Assembly: GCF_964355755.1 (NCBI RefSeq)
Contig: NC_092677.1
Coordinates: forward strand, 21,811,175-21,875,174
DNA length: 64,000 bases
Origin: Antedon mediterranea
Taxonomy: Eukaryota; Animalia; Echinodermata
Reading direction: 5' to 3'
Made by a program: the position numbers and the translations under genes. Under the pieces are notes generated by a model. It was not told the DNA's origin. It saw nothing but the letters and a program-made list of their open reading frames with translations, and did not search any database. This document shows positions 1 through 13,300 of the stretch, one piece after another (the first letter of the stretch is position 1; each line of letters opens with the position of its first letter).

Positions 1-1592
1 CTTCAGTTGCATTTGATATTGGTCGTGTTTTAATTTTGTCGGACTATGCACTAAATGCCCACATAAGAATGATGTAGGTTATCATCAACCGTATTTGGCT
101 ATATGGGGGGTGGGCGGTATGTATATGGATTTCGAATCAAGCAATGATCAAACGGACGTCATTTGGTTTTGAAAAAAAAGTATGTACGTCCTATTATGTT
201 AAGTACGATCGAGACTGTAATACCAACTGGTGAAATATAATATCCTGACAGGTATTATAGTGTTGCCAAGTTTTTTTGTTAATTATATTATCAAGTCTAG
301 TCCTAGCCTAGGCCTCATACAAATGGCCTGCTTCGTGATAATGTACCCAAGTACAATCATCACTTTGCTCCGCAATAATGTACCCAAGTACATATCCACA
401 CGTGTGTCTCCACTCGCCACATCGTTTAAACATAGCGCAAGTGCATCATCTTAGTTAAATCTTAGTAGTTAAAATTTCCAAAAATTCATAATAAAATATT
501 TTAGAGTGAGTAGCCAATCGCATGAGGCTGAAATTAGTCAACCGGATAATCTTATGCACCAAGAATTCTTGGTGTCAAACCATGTGACTTGTACGTGTTT
601 TCCCAGATGGAGTTTACAAGCTCAAAAATAGTATACGTATGAAACGGCATATGTGCCAAAATATTTTTCTTTTTACTAATATAAGTCAAAACTCGGTCTG
701 GAACCCAGACTCTAATAAGACTTAAGAGTAATAAACACAAGGAGTCCAATTATAAACTAGTATAATAAACTTTATTCAATGTCCTGTAAAATCTAGGCCT
801 TGGCCTAAAGAACTGCAACAAATCTGCTTAACGTGCACACACACGCTATAGTTGTTCTCTGCTGAATAGTAAGTACATGCTTGAGCATAAACACTATTAC
901 CACATCCCTTTTCTAGTATCTCAGTATTTATTAAGATTGAAGTTAAAGATGATATGAAAGTATTTTAAAATTTCAAAAAAAATATTTTGTATGAATCCTT
1001 TAACACTTTGACTGCCAAACACGAAGATCTTCGCGTTTGGAAACACAACGCTTGACTGCCAAAACACGAAGATCTTCGTGTTTCGCGTTTTTTTACGAAA
1101 TCCGGTAGATAGGTTAATTATTGGTATACTAACTTAACTATAAATATGGACACTATATTCGGTCTGGACCGTCAATAATTTACTATTTGAAAGTAACTAA
1201 TCTGGTTACGAAGGACTGTCAAAATGGTACATGTCAAATCAACATACACCGCGCATCACAGTATCGCATATAGCGATGGCGTATTGTGTATCGGTCGCGC
1301 TAGCTATCCCGCCGAAGCATGCATTACAAAGGTTTTTGTGGATTGGCATGTTTGTTTGTTATCTGAATAAAAAATAATGGAGTCATTTTCAATATGAATT
1401 CTTTAATGTTGTTATTGTACTGTATGTATACCCTAATTGTTTTGGTGTTTCATTGAAAGTTACCGAGTTTCACGCAGCAAACTTGAAATGGTATGGATAT
1501 TATCAGTTTACTAGGCTAGTAGTACTAGGCTAGTCTACGGCCTAGTCGTAAAATGGTTCCGGACCAACTTTAGGCCTGGTTAACTAGGCCTG

Positions 1593-2972
1593 GGGCCGAT
1601 TGCAATAAAGGTCTTAACCGCGGTCTTAGACTTAAGCCCAAGATGAAACCCTTAGCAACGATGGTCTTAGATTTAAGACCATTGCAATAAGAGGTATTGA
1701 ACTATATAAGACATGTGCATTATTATTTTTGTCTACCAATTGTTTCAATAGATAAAATCTGTATAGGCCCACACCTACCTGACGATCAATTACTATTAGC
1801 GGTCCACAACCGCACCAACAAGCTGTACGCATATTCTCCATACACGGCCTAGCGCTACACTATTTTGACCAAGAAAAGACTACATTGAGTAGCATATTTA
1901 AAATTTATTTTTTTGAAGTATTTGGTTTTAAACTTTAAGCATGTATTAATTAACCAATATTTACTATCAAATTACATACAATTTTCTTGCCAATATTTTA
2001 AATTATTTGCTAAAATCTCCTAGTATTTACGTAATCTTAACGCTATTGAATAGGCAGTGTGTCCATTCATGCATTAAAATGGCCTCAATATGTCCTACTG
2101 AGGAGCTTGTCGCTACTCCTTATTGTTAACTTACTCTATTTGCACTTGTTGGTATAGCGCCCTCATTTGTCGGTAACTATAGGCTGGTTTGATTGTTTGA
2201 AATTCTTTACTAATAAAGTCTCAGTTAAGACCACTATATTGCAATCGACTTTGCTGAGAGGCTTAAAGCCCCATTCCCTACGTTTTTTAGATCTAATTTA
2301 AGATCACAAACTATATTTAATGTAAAAATAATACTATATGGTCCTATTGCGATAACTTTTTTCGTCTTTAAACGGTTAAAAATGTGAAAAATAAATCGAT
2401 TCTAATAATTATAGCGGCCCGCTATAAATTCCAAAATGCATTGCGCGCGGATTGATATTTTTGTTTTTCACCTGTAATTCGCCCACTTTTCGATCGATCG
2501 TGAAGCCAAAACAAATGGAAGACTCCTAACTTTTCAGCGAAAATACCGGGTTTTCCCCAATTTGTATCAACGGAGTCTGGCAAAAATAGAAAGACAATTA
2601 ATGCAGCAACTATACAACGTCAGGCTAGGTATATAGCTAGCGTACGATGTTCGTACGTTATCGATGTTTACCAGCTAGGCCTACAAAACTAAGCCTAGCT
2701 AGGCTAGGCCTAAGACCGTCCACGAGAGGTCGATCGCCGCGAGCTACTTAGGTAGTGCATTGTTTCTCACTTTTTATCATAATTTACCATAAAACGTACA
2801 TTTAAGACAAGGAATGACATGGTTTAATGTTTTTAAAGTGATATATATATGTATTATTTTCCAAAAAACGTCCAAAATTGCAGGGAAGGGGTCTTTAACT
2901 AAGACTTTCGCGAGGGGCTTAGGGCTTAAATCTAAGCCTAAGACAATTAAGTCTTTATATTGCAATCCGCCC
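1593..2972. mobile_element. PIF/Harbinger-like MITE
   Basis: TIR gggccgattgcaata / tattgcaatccgccc; 3-bp TSD CTG at 1590-1592 and 2973-2975. Confidence 0.75.
2267..2894 (+). mobile_element. Kolobok-like MITE, family 1
   Basis: TTAA on both sides; TIR agccccattccct / agggaaggggtct; related copies at about 9570-9985 and 40279-40869. Confidence 0.8.
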
Positions 2973-3966
2973 CTGGTGTCTTTACTATGTGGATTTTAGC
3001 GAAACATTGATGTAAGATTTATGATTTATAAAAATAATGTAATACATTTTTCGATAGTATAACTTGTTTTTATAGGCCTATCGGTGCAGTGTAAGTAACT
3101 TTTTCTTTGTTTTTTAATCTCACTGGGCGATATTTTCAGATTGTTTGTGATGTCTTGCACAAAATCGCGAATATCTCGACTTTCTTGCGCGAAACTACGA
3201 AAAACTTAAAAAGTGGGTTACATTTATTTTACTGTTACGATTTACATATTGTGATTTGAAAATCGTTCTTGGTACCATTGTAAAGCTAAAATCTTTATGA
3301 TTATTTTAGTCTAAATTACATATAAATCAGATCACATACAGTACATAGTTTATATCAGCTTTAATAAAAACATCGAATTGGGCTAATAACGCTGGCGGTG
3401 GCAGTTTTTAACTCCTTTAACCATTTACAAATGAAACTGGCAAGCGGATAAGTAAATATCGAAATAGTTTTGGCTTAGTGGACAATTAACCCCAAAATTC
3501 CTATTCTCCTCTGGGGTGCAGGTCAACTCGGCCCTAAACCGTCTCGGCCAAAGTCAAGTTGGCCCCAAGTCAAGTCGGCCTCAAGTCAACTCGGCCTCAA
3601 GTCAATTCGGCCTCATGTCAACTCGGCCTCAAGTCAACTCGGCCTAAAGTCAACTCGGCCAAAAACTAATCCGTCAACTCGGCCTTTAAAAAGTATGGAA
3701 CGCAAAAAGTGCTAATATAGTAGTTCATTTATTACAATGGCAGGACGGTTAGGCCTACATAATAGACGAAATAAAACGGAAATTTCAATGTAAATTATAA
3801 CACACTGGCTGATCGTTTTTCGTTTAATTGATAGGTAATTTTTATTTATATTGTTGGTTGGTTTGTCGGTTGGTTTGTCTCAGTAAGAACCCTCAGTAAT
3901 GTGTTTGTTAGATCTATTTTGAGGATGTTCCCAGAAATAATCGCAAATATTCTTAGAAGGCCTAAA

Positions 3967-5611
3967 CAGGCCTCGAATTTTACCGCGGCCAGTGCCGTCG
4001 GTGCCCTCCCAGTTGGCCTCAATGCCCTCGAAAATTAATAGCACCCACGGCCACTACTGGCCTGCCCTTTTTTTTGCGTTGGCCGTGAGTGCCCTTCCCG
4101 AGTTTTACCACAATAAAAACCACTGAAGTAGATAGAAAATAATGTCAAGAATATCGGACGAGACGCAAAACTATCGCCTGTCTTCGTTGCAAGGGGATTT
4201 CCCTAAACGCATTTAGAGAAAACATCGAACATATTTATATAACCAAAACAATATCGTCCCGGCCGCCGTGCGTGGTAAATAATGGTATAGATAGTACATT
4301 AAAATACAGGGGTGTACACTTTTAATAATAAAGCTAAAAACGTTCCTCGATCGGAGGTCACTGAAAGTATTAAAGTCGCACCACTCCCGCCTCAATAATC
4401 GAGCTAGCCGCCTTCGTTGAAAAAAAAATTACACGCACTCCTTGTCCTAGCCAGCCTATCCTCCCGCCGCCGATCCGATCAACAATACATTGGGAAAACA
4501 ATTCCATTTGACGCACACGCACCCTCTGATAAGAAATTTCACACGACGTCGTCGTCGTACGTGTGAGTACGAAGGATCGGTCGTTGGAAAAACAATTCCT
4601 TTTGACGTACACGCACCCTCTGATATGAAAATACCATGTGCGTTCCTGCATGGTGTAGTCCATTCCATTATACGTGTAAAATTAGGGGTGTCAACTTTTA
4701 GTACTAAAGTTAAACCGGTACCTCAACCCGAAGATCGTTAGAAGTATATTATATTTATATTTTATCGCACCCACCTCAATAATCCAGCCGACAGATCATC
4801 GAAAAATCTTGTTTAACGACGTCGTACACTAAATTAACAAACGCGTTTTTACCGAACTCAAGGAAATGGTATAGTCCACAATACACGTGCAGAAGGCTAA
4901 ACAGAGAGAGAGGGGTCGGCGTCCGTCCGTCCGTGTTTTGAATTCTTATGAATATGGATTATACTAACAAAAAAGCTTCAGAAATCGAAACTCGGAAAAT
5001 AACAATTATTTATATTCTACAACATAATGTCATTGGCTTGATTTTTACCGTGGTTAACACTCTGTGTATGAATAGTTGTAGTTAAGGCCTACAAACAAAT
5101 TGTTTTTGTAACCTGTGTTCTCCGTCCGCTGCGCCTTTAGTGCTGCTAAGTGCTTGCTGTTGTTAGGGTCTTTACCCGTTGGGCCTGGCTTCACATGCCC
5201 TTTTTTGATCGCATTGTTTGAAACTAAACGAAACAACTGTGAACGCTAAACATCGTACCTTAATAATTATTATTTATATGGATCGTAAATACACGTAATA
5301 TTTATATATAATGAAATACAAAAAGATGTAGACAGTCAGTCCTCTCCTACTACTACTACGCAATCTGATGAATAGGGGAAATTCTCCCAAAAATGTTTGC
5401 GGGTAAAATTCCACCCGGGCGCTCAACCGGAAACAAGCTATTTTTAAATTTTGGCCTATTTATTAAAATATTTTTTAATTTTGGCCTTGGTGCCCCTTCG
5501 ATTTAAAACAAATGGCCTTGGTGCCCTCCCATTTGGCCTTGGTGCCCCTCAAATCAATGAAAACCGGAGGCCAAATGGCCTTGCCCCTAAAATCCCCAAA
5601 TTCGAGGCCTG
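3967..5611. mobile_element. Non-autonomous hAT-like element inside the foldback element
   Basis: 14-bp TIR caggcctcgaattt / aaattcgaggcctg; 8-bp TSD ggcctaaa / ggcctata; subterminal ggccttggtgccc repeats. Confidence 0.85.
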
Positions 5612-5941
5612 GGCCTATATATTATATAGATATTATTAGATTAATACAGTAAAATAAAAATGGTTTTTTTTTGTATATATTCTCTCTCAAATTATTAGCA
5701 ATATGTCACGGTCAAAGTGAATAACTATATGTGACATTAAAATGGTATATTACAGCAACAAAATCTTTTCACACATTTATTGACGATGTCAATCAAACTA
5801 CCGAAGAGATTATGGAAACAAATTCGGAATGTTCTGTCATGTTAAATTTCTATTGCAATTGTGCGCTATTCAAATTGTTTTTATTACTTTTGTGATTTGA
5901 TTATAATAATGGAGAATCCAATGAATACATTTATGGGAAAT

Positions 5942-6070
5942 TAATCTAAAACACACTAAGAAATCATCATGAATAAATGGTGTATTTTTATTTTGTCAAG
6001 CATAAAAACTAATCTAAAACACACTGAAGAAATCATCATGAAAAAATGGCGTATTTTTATTTTGTCAAGC
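5942..6070 (+). repeat. About 68-bp tandem duplication
   Basis: taatctaaaacacact..aagaaatcatcatgaa..tttttattttgtcaagc twice. Confidence 0.8.
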
Positions 6071-7897
6071 AAAAACTAAAACATATTGTTTGAGTCCAAA
6101 ACAACGGAATTCCTAAACAACATAATATTGCCTTTGCATTCTCATCTGTTTTTTAACACCCACCGCGCCCTGTATTGTTCAATAAAATTGATCACCTAAA
6201 GGGGCATTCCCACCGTCCGTACCTGTTCCGTTTCGCGGACGGCGCCGTTTTTTCAACGTGACGCGCGCCCGTTCACCGTTCCGTTTTAAACATTCACACC
6301 TGTTCCGTTTTGTGACGTGACGTTAAAATAGCAGCCGTTTCTGGATGATTATCGGATGATAGTGAGGAAGAAATTATTCTTTTTAGTTTAATTAAAGATG
6401 ATATTACAAAACGGGACAAGATTCCCGATGATAGTATAACAACACACACCATGATAAATTCCATGAATCCATAATTAAATACAATAAAATCACAATCACA
6501 TCCCTATGGACTGTTATGGAAGCAAATTTCTCTCTTCCCATGGTGTACTGTATTAATTATGAATAATTATGAAGTACTAAACGAAATGAAAATAAAAATG
6601 TCATACAAAAAAAACCGTAAGGCCTATTTGAAAATAATGCACATTCATGTCTAGGGTGTGTGTGCATGTAACCTATACCCATAATGCTTATGCAATTTGT
6701 TTTCTTGCCTTTTGATTTGTTTTGATTTTAATGTCATTTTATTCTTTTTATATTGATGTATATACAGTTGTAGACCGAAGTATATTGTTTAAATATTATT
6801 TTTTTTAATGTATTCTTCGACAGTTATTCCTGTATACAAAATGTGAAGAAATATTTGTTTATTTCGAACAATATAAATAAATACTACCTATCAATTCATA
6901 TTATATAATCATTTATATTGAATTTTCCGTTGTATTTCGTCTATTATGGCATAACCGTACTATATCCTGCCATTATAATATTAACTACTACTATATTAGC
7001 ACTTTTTGCGTTTCATAGTTTTTAGAGGCCGAGTTGACGGATTAGTTTTTGGCCGAGTTGACGTGAGGCCGAGTTGACTTGAGGCCGAGTTGACGTGGGG
7101 CCGAGTTGATGTGGGCCGAGGTGACGTGGGGCCGAGTTGACTTGGGGCCGACTTGACGTGGGGCCGACTTGACTTTGGCCGAGACGGTTTAGGGCCGAGT
7201 TGGATCTGTACAAAAGTTTCCGTTTTTTTCCATTGATTAGGACTGTTTTCTTTTTGGAGCCCTTTCATATCATCTTTACCGGTAATTATAAAATGAACAT
7301 CAGACTTGACTATTTCTAATCATTCTTAATTCACCAGATGTACACTAAACTTCTATCAACATTATTAATTAACTTCAAATTACAATGTTCAAATGTTTGG
7401 TACATCATTCATCAATTACTGATTGAGTTCATTGTGAATCTTCTCTAGATTGTTCATAGATTAAATCAAGTCTATCTGCTGGTTTAGAAACTCTGCCACT
7501 TCTATTTCTGGGTATGTTACCTCTCTGTGTTTGGATCACATACAATAATGGCATACACCTGGATCTAGTTTGTGAGCGTTTCGGTCTGATAGCATAAAAG
7601 TCAATTTCAAAATAATAGAATTATCCATATTATCCCATAGTACTGAAAAATTTTAAAACGAAACATCATTATATAGGCTAGGATACTAGTAAACAAACAT
7701 AGTTCAGACAGTAGAGTAGTAGTACTGCATGATACACACATGTGGGTATGTAAACAGCACCTACACGGCGAAAACTGTCATATCGAGGAAATATCCTTCT
7801 GTCACCTAATACCACTTGGGAAATACTATTTACAAAGTGACATTATTTCACATTTTCATGCAATGTACATCGTATTTATAGCGCTTGTACACAGTAT

Positions 7898-8811
7898 ACA
7901 AATAATGAATGTTGATGAGTGTAATGGTACAAATAATGGCACGAGGTGAATGATGAAAGGTTATATCAACGAGGCAACGCCGAGTTGATATAACCTTTCA
8001 TCATTCACCAAGTGCCATTATTTGTACCATTACACGAATACAAAACATTCATTATTTGTTTTATATAACATCTAAATAAATTCTAGTTATTTGAATCAAA
8101 TAAAAGGTAGCCCTAGCCAAAGCTTCCTACATTTCCTTCACACACATTGATTAAAAACAGTAACATTTGGTTTTTAATAATTTTATATTAAATGTTATAT
8201 TTATATGGATTTCGTAAACACACCTACTTTTGTGTTAATTATGTCTACAAACGACCAAACAATCCTAGGCCTAGCAAGGCTAAAACGCCTAGGCTAGGCC
8301 TAGCCTAATACTAGCATGGCCTAGGCTAGACCTAGTAGCCTAGTACTAGCTTGGCTGAAAGGCAAAACTTCGACAGACAATTGGAACTTATCTAAGCTAA
8401 TTATGGTTTTTTCAACAATTCCACGTCTTGTAGGGATGTCCCCATTAATTAATCAAAATCCTAAAAACGATCTAAAGCTAATTTAAATGCCTTTTTGAAT
8501 GAAATTAGTACATAATGTCCAAATCGTACACAAATATCTGCTGCTGTTGCATATCTCGGTGGTGTTTACAAATGAAACTGAGATCAGACGACAGGTGGCG
8601 CTGTTGTATTTCACAGTACAGAGCCATATCATAGGATAATTTGTGTACAGTACTAGATTTTTTTTCATCCGCGAGACGTTTTTTTTTTCGTACACAAAAA
8701 TGTTTCAAAAAGTACTATTAAACGATCGTTTAATAGTGCGTACTATTGCATGCCATGTGACCCACAATCGTCCAATCAAATGACAGGAATTTATTTAGGT
8801 GTTATATAATA
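7898..8811 (+). mobile_element. Hairpin-terminated non-autonomous element (unclassified, Crypton-like architecture)
   Basis: About 80-bp-arm hairpin at 7898-8059; internal inverted repeat ttatataacatctaaataaattc (about 8061) / gaatttatttaggtgttatataa (about 8787). Confidence 0.65.
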
Positions 8812-9569
8812 TGGATTATCATACAGTACTACTACTAACTAGGCCTATAAGTACTAGCTAGGCGTACCACTTATTTTAAAATTTTAAAACGGAGGTAGAC
8901 AACTACCTCTGTTCTTAACCTACGTTGGCCGGTAGGTACAGTTGTTCTTCTTTCATAAAATAAATGTCCCATTTTTAACATAACACACAGTAACTAATAC
9001 TAATATTAATACATTTATTATTACTTCACAGTAATTAACTCGCATTTTAAATTTGATGAAAACTAGTATTTTAATTCTGTGTGTGGTGCATCAGTACACA
9101 ATAAATCTGAACATCTGGATTTCCCCTCCTAGCTATCGCTTCGCAGACTATGCGGAGCATGTTAGCTTGCATAGATTATGCCACGCGAAACCTCCGAAGT
9201 TGTCACGCGTCCAAAACGTAGTCTACGCATCCAAATGTTGCAGAATTTATTCTCTCTACTATATGTCCGAAGCACAGCTCTGTCAGACTAACCATTGCTA
9301 ATGGGGTGGTGCGATATGCCATTAGGGCCTTGCACAGGTTAGCGTTTTCGCGTACAAATTGTTTCAAGATTTGAACCGCTCGTTACGCTTCCCCTTTACT
9401 AATTGGGTATCGTGGGCTAATTAACCATTTCTTGTATTCCATGTCGACCAAACATTGACTTTAAATGTACCATTATGTCCAGCGACATTATTGATGAAAA
9501 TCTTGCTATCAATGAAAATCTTGCTATCAATGAATCATAAGTAAGAGTCGACTTCTATGATTCTAATAA

Positions 9570-9985
9570 TTTAGGCAACCCTGTATAAATACCAGCATGC
9601 ATTGTGCATGGATTTATATTTTTGTTTTGCTTCTGTGATGCACCCACTTTCGATCATGAAGGCAAATCAAATGAAAGAACCGTAACTCTTCAGGGAAAAT
9701 ATTGGGTCTTCCCCGGTATTGATGGATTCTGCCAAAAAAAAAAAAATGCAGCAACTACATCAGGCTAACCTATATCTAGTTTATGATGTTCATACATTGC
9801 AGCTGTTTACAGTACCACCAAGGCCTAACTAACCTAGTAGGACCTAAGATCGTCCATTAGAGGATTCTACTAGTGCATTGTTTTTCTCTGTTTATCATAA
9901 TTAACCATAGAACGTACATTTAATACAAGGAATGACCTGGTTTAATATTTTAAAAGTAATATATGCATTATTTTTACAAAAAATC
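9570..9985 (+). mobile_element. Degenerate internal fragment of Kolobok-like family 1
   Basis: Colinear similarity to 2410-2870 (cccactttcgatc, acgtacatttaa, aaggaatgacctggtttaat). Confidence 0.7.
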
Positions 9986-10159
9986 AGCAGTTTTCTTTAA
10001 AGACTAAGATACAAAAATTAAAACATGATCACTTGCATTTGTGTCAAGTTTCCGCATTCACCTAAATCTAAGCCTTACGAATTTAATTTCTAGATTAGGA
10101 ATATATCACACATTTGTGCTGCAGCATTTAAAATTGAGTTGCATTTCTGTTGTGGCAAA

Positions 10160-10168
10160 ATGAACATG
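10160..10168 (+). CDS. DGAT1: Possible upstream DGAT1 exon end encoding M-N-M
   Basis: ATG AAC ATG followed by gtaagt; 67-nt intron ends at tttgtag directly before the ATG at 10236, phase 0. Candidate acceptor ttctag at about 10093. Confidence 0.55.
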
Positions 10169-10235
10169 GTAAGTTAAATTTGTGTTATGTAAACTTTTCC
10201 TCACATTCGATGTAAAGTATTTTTTTATTTTGTAG

Positions 10236-10387
10236 ATGGCAGCTTCAGATTCAGAGGTAGACACTAATGATCGTCAGTTGAGGCAGCGTCATTCTAGTGG
10301 CAAACTTAGGCGTGTTGGATCAACAACTAAAATTGATGATGAAGTTCGACAGCATGAACAACAACGTAAAAAGCAGCCTGATATTCC
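10236..10387 (+). CDS. DGAT1: DGAT1 exon (MAASDSEVD...QPDIP)
   Basis: AG acceptor before ATG; donor gttagt at 10388; phase 2 matches next exon. Confidence 0.85.
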
Positions 10388-13300
10388 GTTAGTGAATTTC
10401 AGTGATAGTCATTGCAGTGCATTTTTTAATTACTGAAAATAATAACTGATATTAAAGAGTAAAGACATATGATAATGCAACAATATAAAACATTTAAATA
10501 AAAAAAACTAATATTAAAACAATGCACAATATAAATTTGTTTTTAAATATAAATAATTTTATGTTTATCAACCGTGAAATACTTGATGTTTCTATTTCAA
10601 TGGCATGTTCTTTTACAGTTTACATAAACCACAAGATTCATTGTTGAGCAGTGGAAGTGGATTTAGCAACTATCGAGGCTTCCTTAACTTGTGCATTATT
10701 CTTTTGGTATGCTTTTATTGTTTTTAATATAAATATTCTTGTTAAATGTATTTTTACCTCTTAAATCATTTTTGTTTGTTTTGAGGTATAAATTTGAATA
10801 TACAGTATAACTATTAAATTAAACACAATGGGACAAATTCAAGCAATTATGCTTTCTGACATATGGGCCCATCAGGCATTGGATGATATAAAAATTAGCA
10901 TCATTTTACCAAAATCTGGCATTTTTTTTACCGTTTTAATGTTCAAATCCAAAGCATCCGTTTTCTTAATGCATGACCTCTGTCACGGTTGTAGACTTAA
11001 AGACTTATACATGGATGTACTGTATACTGACATGAATATTGATTAGACTAGATGATCCAGGGATATGTGAATCGCTCAATCCGGTGTGATCTGTATTATT
11101 GAAATTACAAAGCGTTATAATATTGACATTAAACAGTTGTATGCCTCAAAATTATTGATTTTAAAGTTTATAAACTGAATCTGCTGTAATGTGAAATTTA
11201 TCATCACCATCAACTTTAAATTACAATCAAAGTATACATAACATAACGTTACTTAAACTATACCATATTAAGAAATCTTCTAAACATAGCTTATGTCAAA
11301 TAGGTAGGATAACAATTACATTTTGAGAAGCATGATGAACCCTTAACGTCTAACTGCTGGACTAACATTCTGTAATGTATGCTCCCATTTGAGAGAATAC
11401 ATTAGAAAAGATCAAATAAAATAATATCAAAAATAATAATAATGTTTCATTTCAATTTCAGGCAATGTCCAATACACGTCTTGTGTTAGAAAACCTTATA
11501 AAGTAAGTTTTCTAAGCTTGTAAAAAGTTGGTGAATCATGTTTTTTGGCATCCACACATGTTGTTAGGCTTAAATCTTTGTTTATGGCAGACCTCAACTA
11601 TGTGTTAATAGCCAATCTGTGTTAGTCTCAAGATGAGATCCTGTAATGTTGTATAAGACTATGTTCAGTCTCAATACTCACCCTCATGAAGCGGCATCTC
11701 CGAAGAGATACTTTTATATAAATTACACTACAGTCACATATGTAAGGAAACTAGCTCCAGCTTTGTCATCCATGGTATCATCAGAAAGCAAATGTAATAC
11801 TGATCATTTTATCCCATTACATCCATATCAAAAAATGCATAGTTAACAATAAAACAAGTCACAAAGCCAATAATTTTCTCAAATACTTTACTGTTTGGTA
11901 TCGTGGGATAGCTTTTTTTTATTCTGAATACAAAAATGTTACTAATATCTATTCGTTTTCATTTGTTTATTGTCATAATTTTCAATTGTTTGAAAAATGT
12001 ACAATGAAAAAGGTCTCCTTCACATTTAGATAAATACGGTTTTTCTTATTGGTTTAACAATTTATTTAAATGTTGGTAACATTTTTATCTGGTTATGATA
12101 ACAATTTCAGTGTGTGAAACTACTTTAGTGTAAGTTAAGTTTAACTATCAAGATCCTCGATATGCCCGGTTTTCGCATTGCAAATAAACAACCATTGCTT
12201 TGCAGGTAAATTAGTTGCGACGTAAACATATTGTTTGATCTTGGAGGTAAAGTCATTTAAGTACCTTTTTGTTCATACAACTACTATAGCAGAAACGTAA
12301 CTTTGGAAAGTAATCTAGATTTGTCTTATCTGCTAGTTGATGTAGTTTTATTTATAACTATATCCAGTGCAGTGGTGTCTATGTTTTCTGCCAATAGCAT
12401 GATTGCATGTTGTAAGCCTATATATACTGTATATATAAACTAAATCTAAATTATTTGCTTATTTAAATTAATTTTTGTACTCATTCTTATATTATATATA
12501 TTGAATATTTGTGTGAACATGAAGGCAGAATAGAAAACAGCTCATCTATACTGTGTATAATTAGTCAAATAATCTTCCACCGGTTGATAACATTATTGAG
12601 ATTATAAGCAATACAATAGAAATGGGAGTTTTTAATGGTATTAAAACATATAAAAACATTGGCGAACCGACTAATTGCAAAGGCATATATAAAGGGAAAC
12701 AGTTATCAGTGGTAACATAAACATACTTAAATAGCCCTCAATAAACATTAGATTGGCTCCCATTGACCAGAAAGTGTTCTTTCACCATTATAGGTAAAAT
12801 GTACATGTATTCAAATTCTAATGACACATTAGGTAAATATGTATCAAATGTACAAATCTGAAATAAAATTTAAATAGGCCTATTTCTATAAATCAATTTC
12901 AAGTGTACAATCTTACACCGAGTTTACAAAGGAATCGCTCACTCGCTTTGATGTTACTCTAGGCCTAGGCAGCCAACCACCAAGCAACACGTACATGCGT
13001 TTCGCTCAAATTTACCGCAGTCATATTTTGGACGCCGCCCTCAATACAGATTTTTACTGGCTTACATTACAAAAACGTATACGTGTGCGTGAGGTATCCG
13101 TTTTCGTTAACGTATTCGTAAGATTATCTATTATTCCATTAATATATTAAATTTAAACATAGAAAAAATTCTTAATGAATATGTTTTAAAAGCCCCAGAT
13201 AAACTTAAAATTGAGTGCAGCCTTCCATACAAAATAACTATCTGGTGGTAATAAGTCAGGCAATAAAAAATTATGTCTCTTTTCAAAGATATAAATAATT

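Larger units (their letters stand above)
1004..3411. mobile_element. Degenerate TTAA-flanked non-autonomous DNA transposon (piggyBac-like); outer element of a nest
   Basis: TTAA|cactttgactgcc at left with duplicated subterminal palindrome acacgaagatcttcgtgt; ggcagt..ttaa at right, degenerate. Confidence 0.45.
3516..7211. mobile_element. Foldback-type element with about 290-bp modular TIRs
   Basis: 3516-3800 is inverted at 6904-7211; outer part is a 16-nt tandem repeat (aagtcaactcggcctc), inner part unique; no TSD resolved. Confidence 0.85.

Noticed and set aside
3521-3690. Regular 16-nt repeats resembling a CRISPR array
   Set aside because: No unique spacers, eukaryotic context, and they form one arm of an inverted pair.
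6996-7268. 90-aa Pro/Ser-rich ORF; likewise the GRPRI ORF at 16566-16972
   Set aside because: Translations of tandem DNA motifs in transposon ends.
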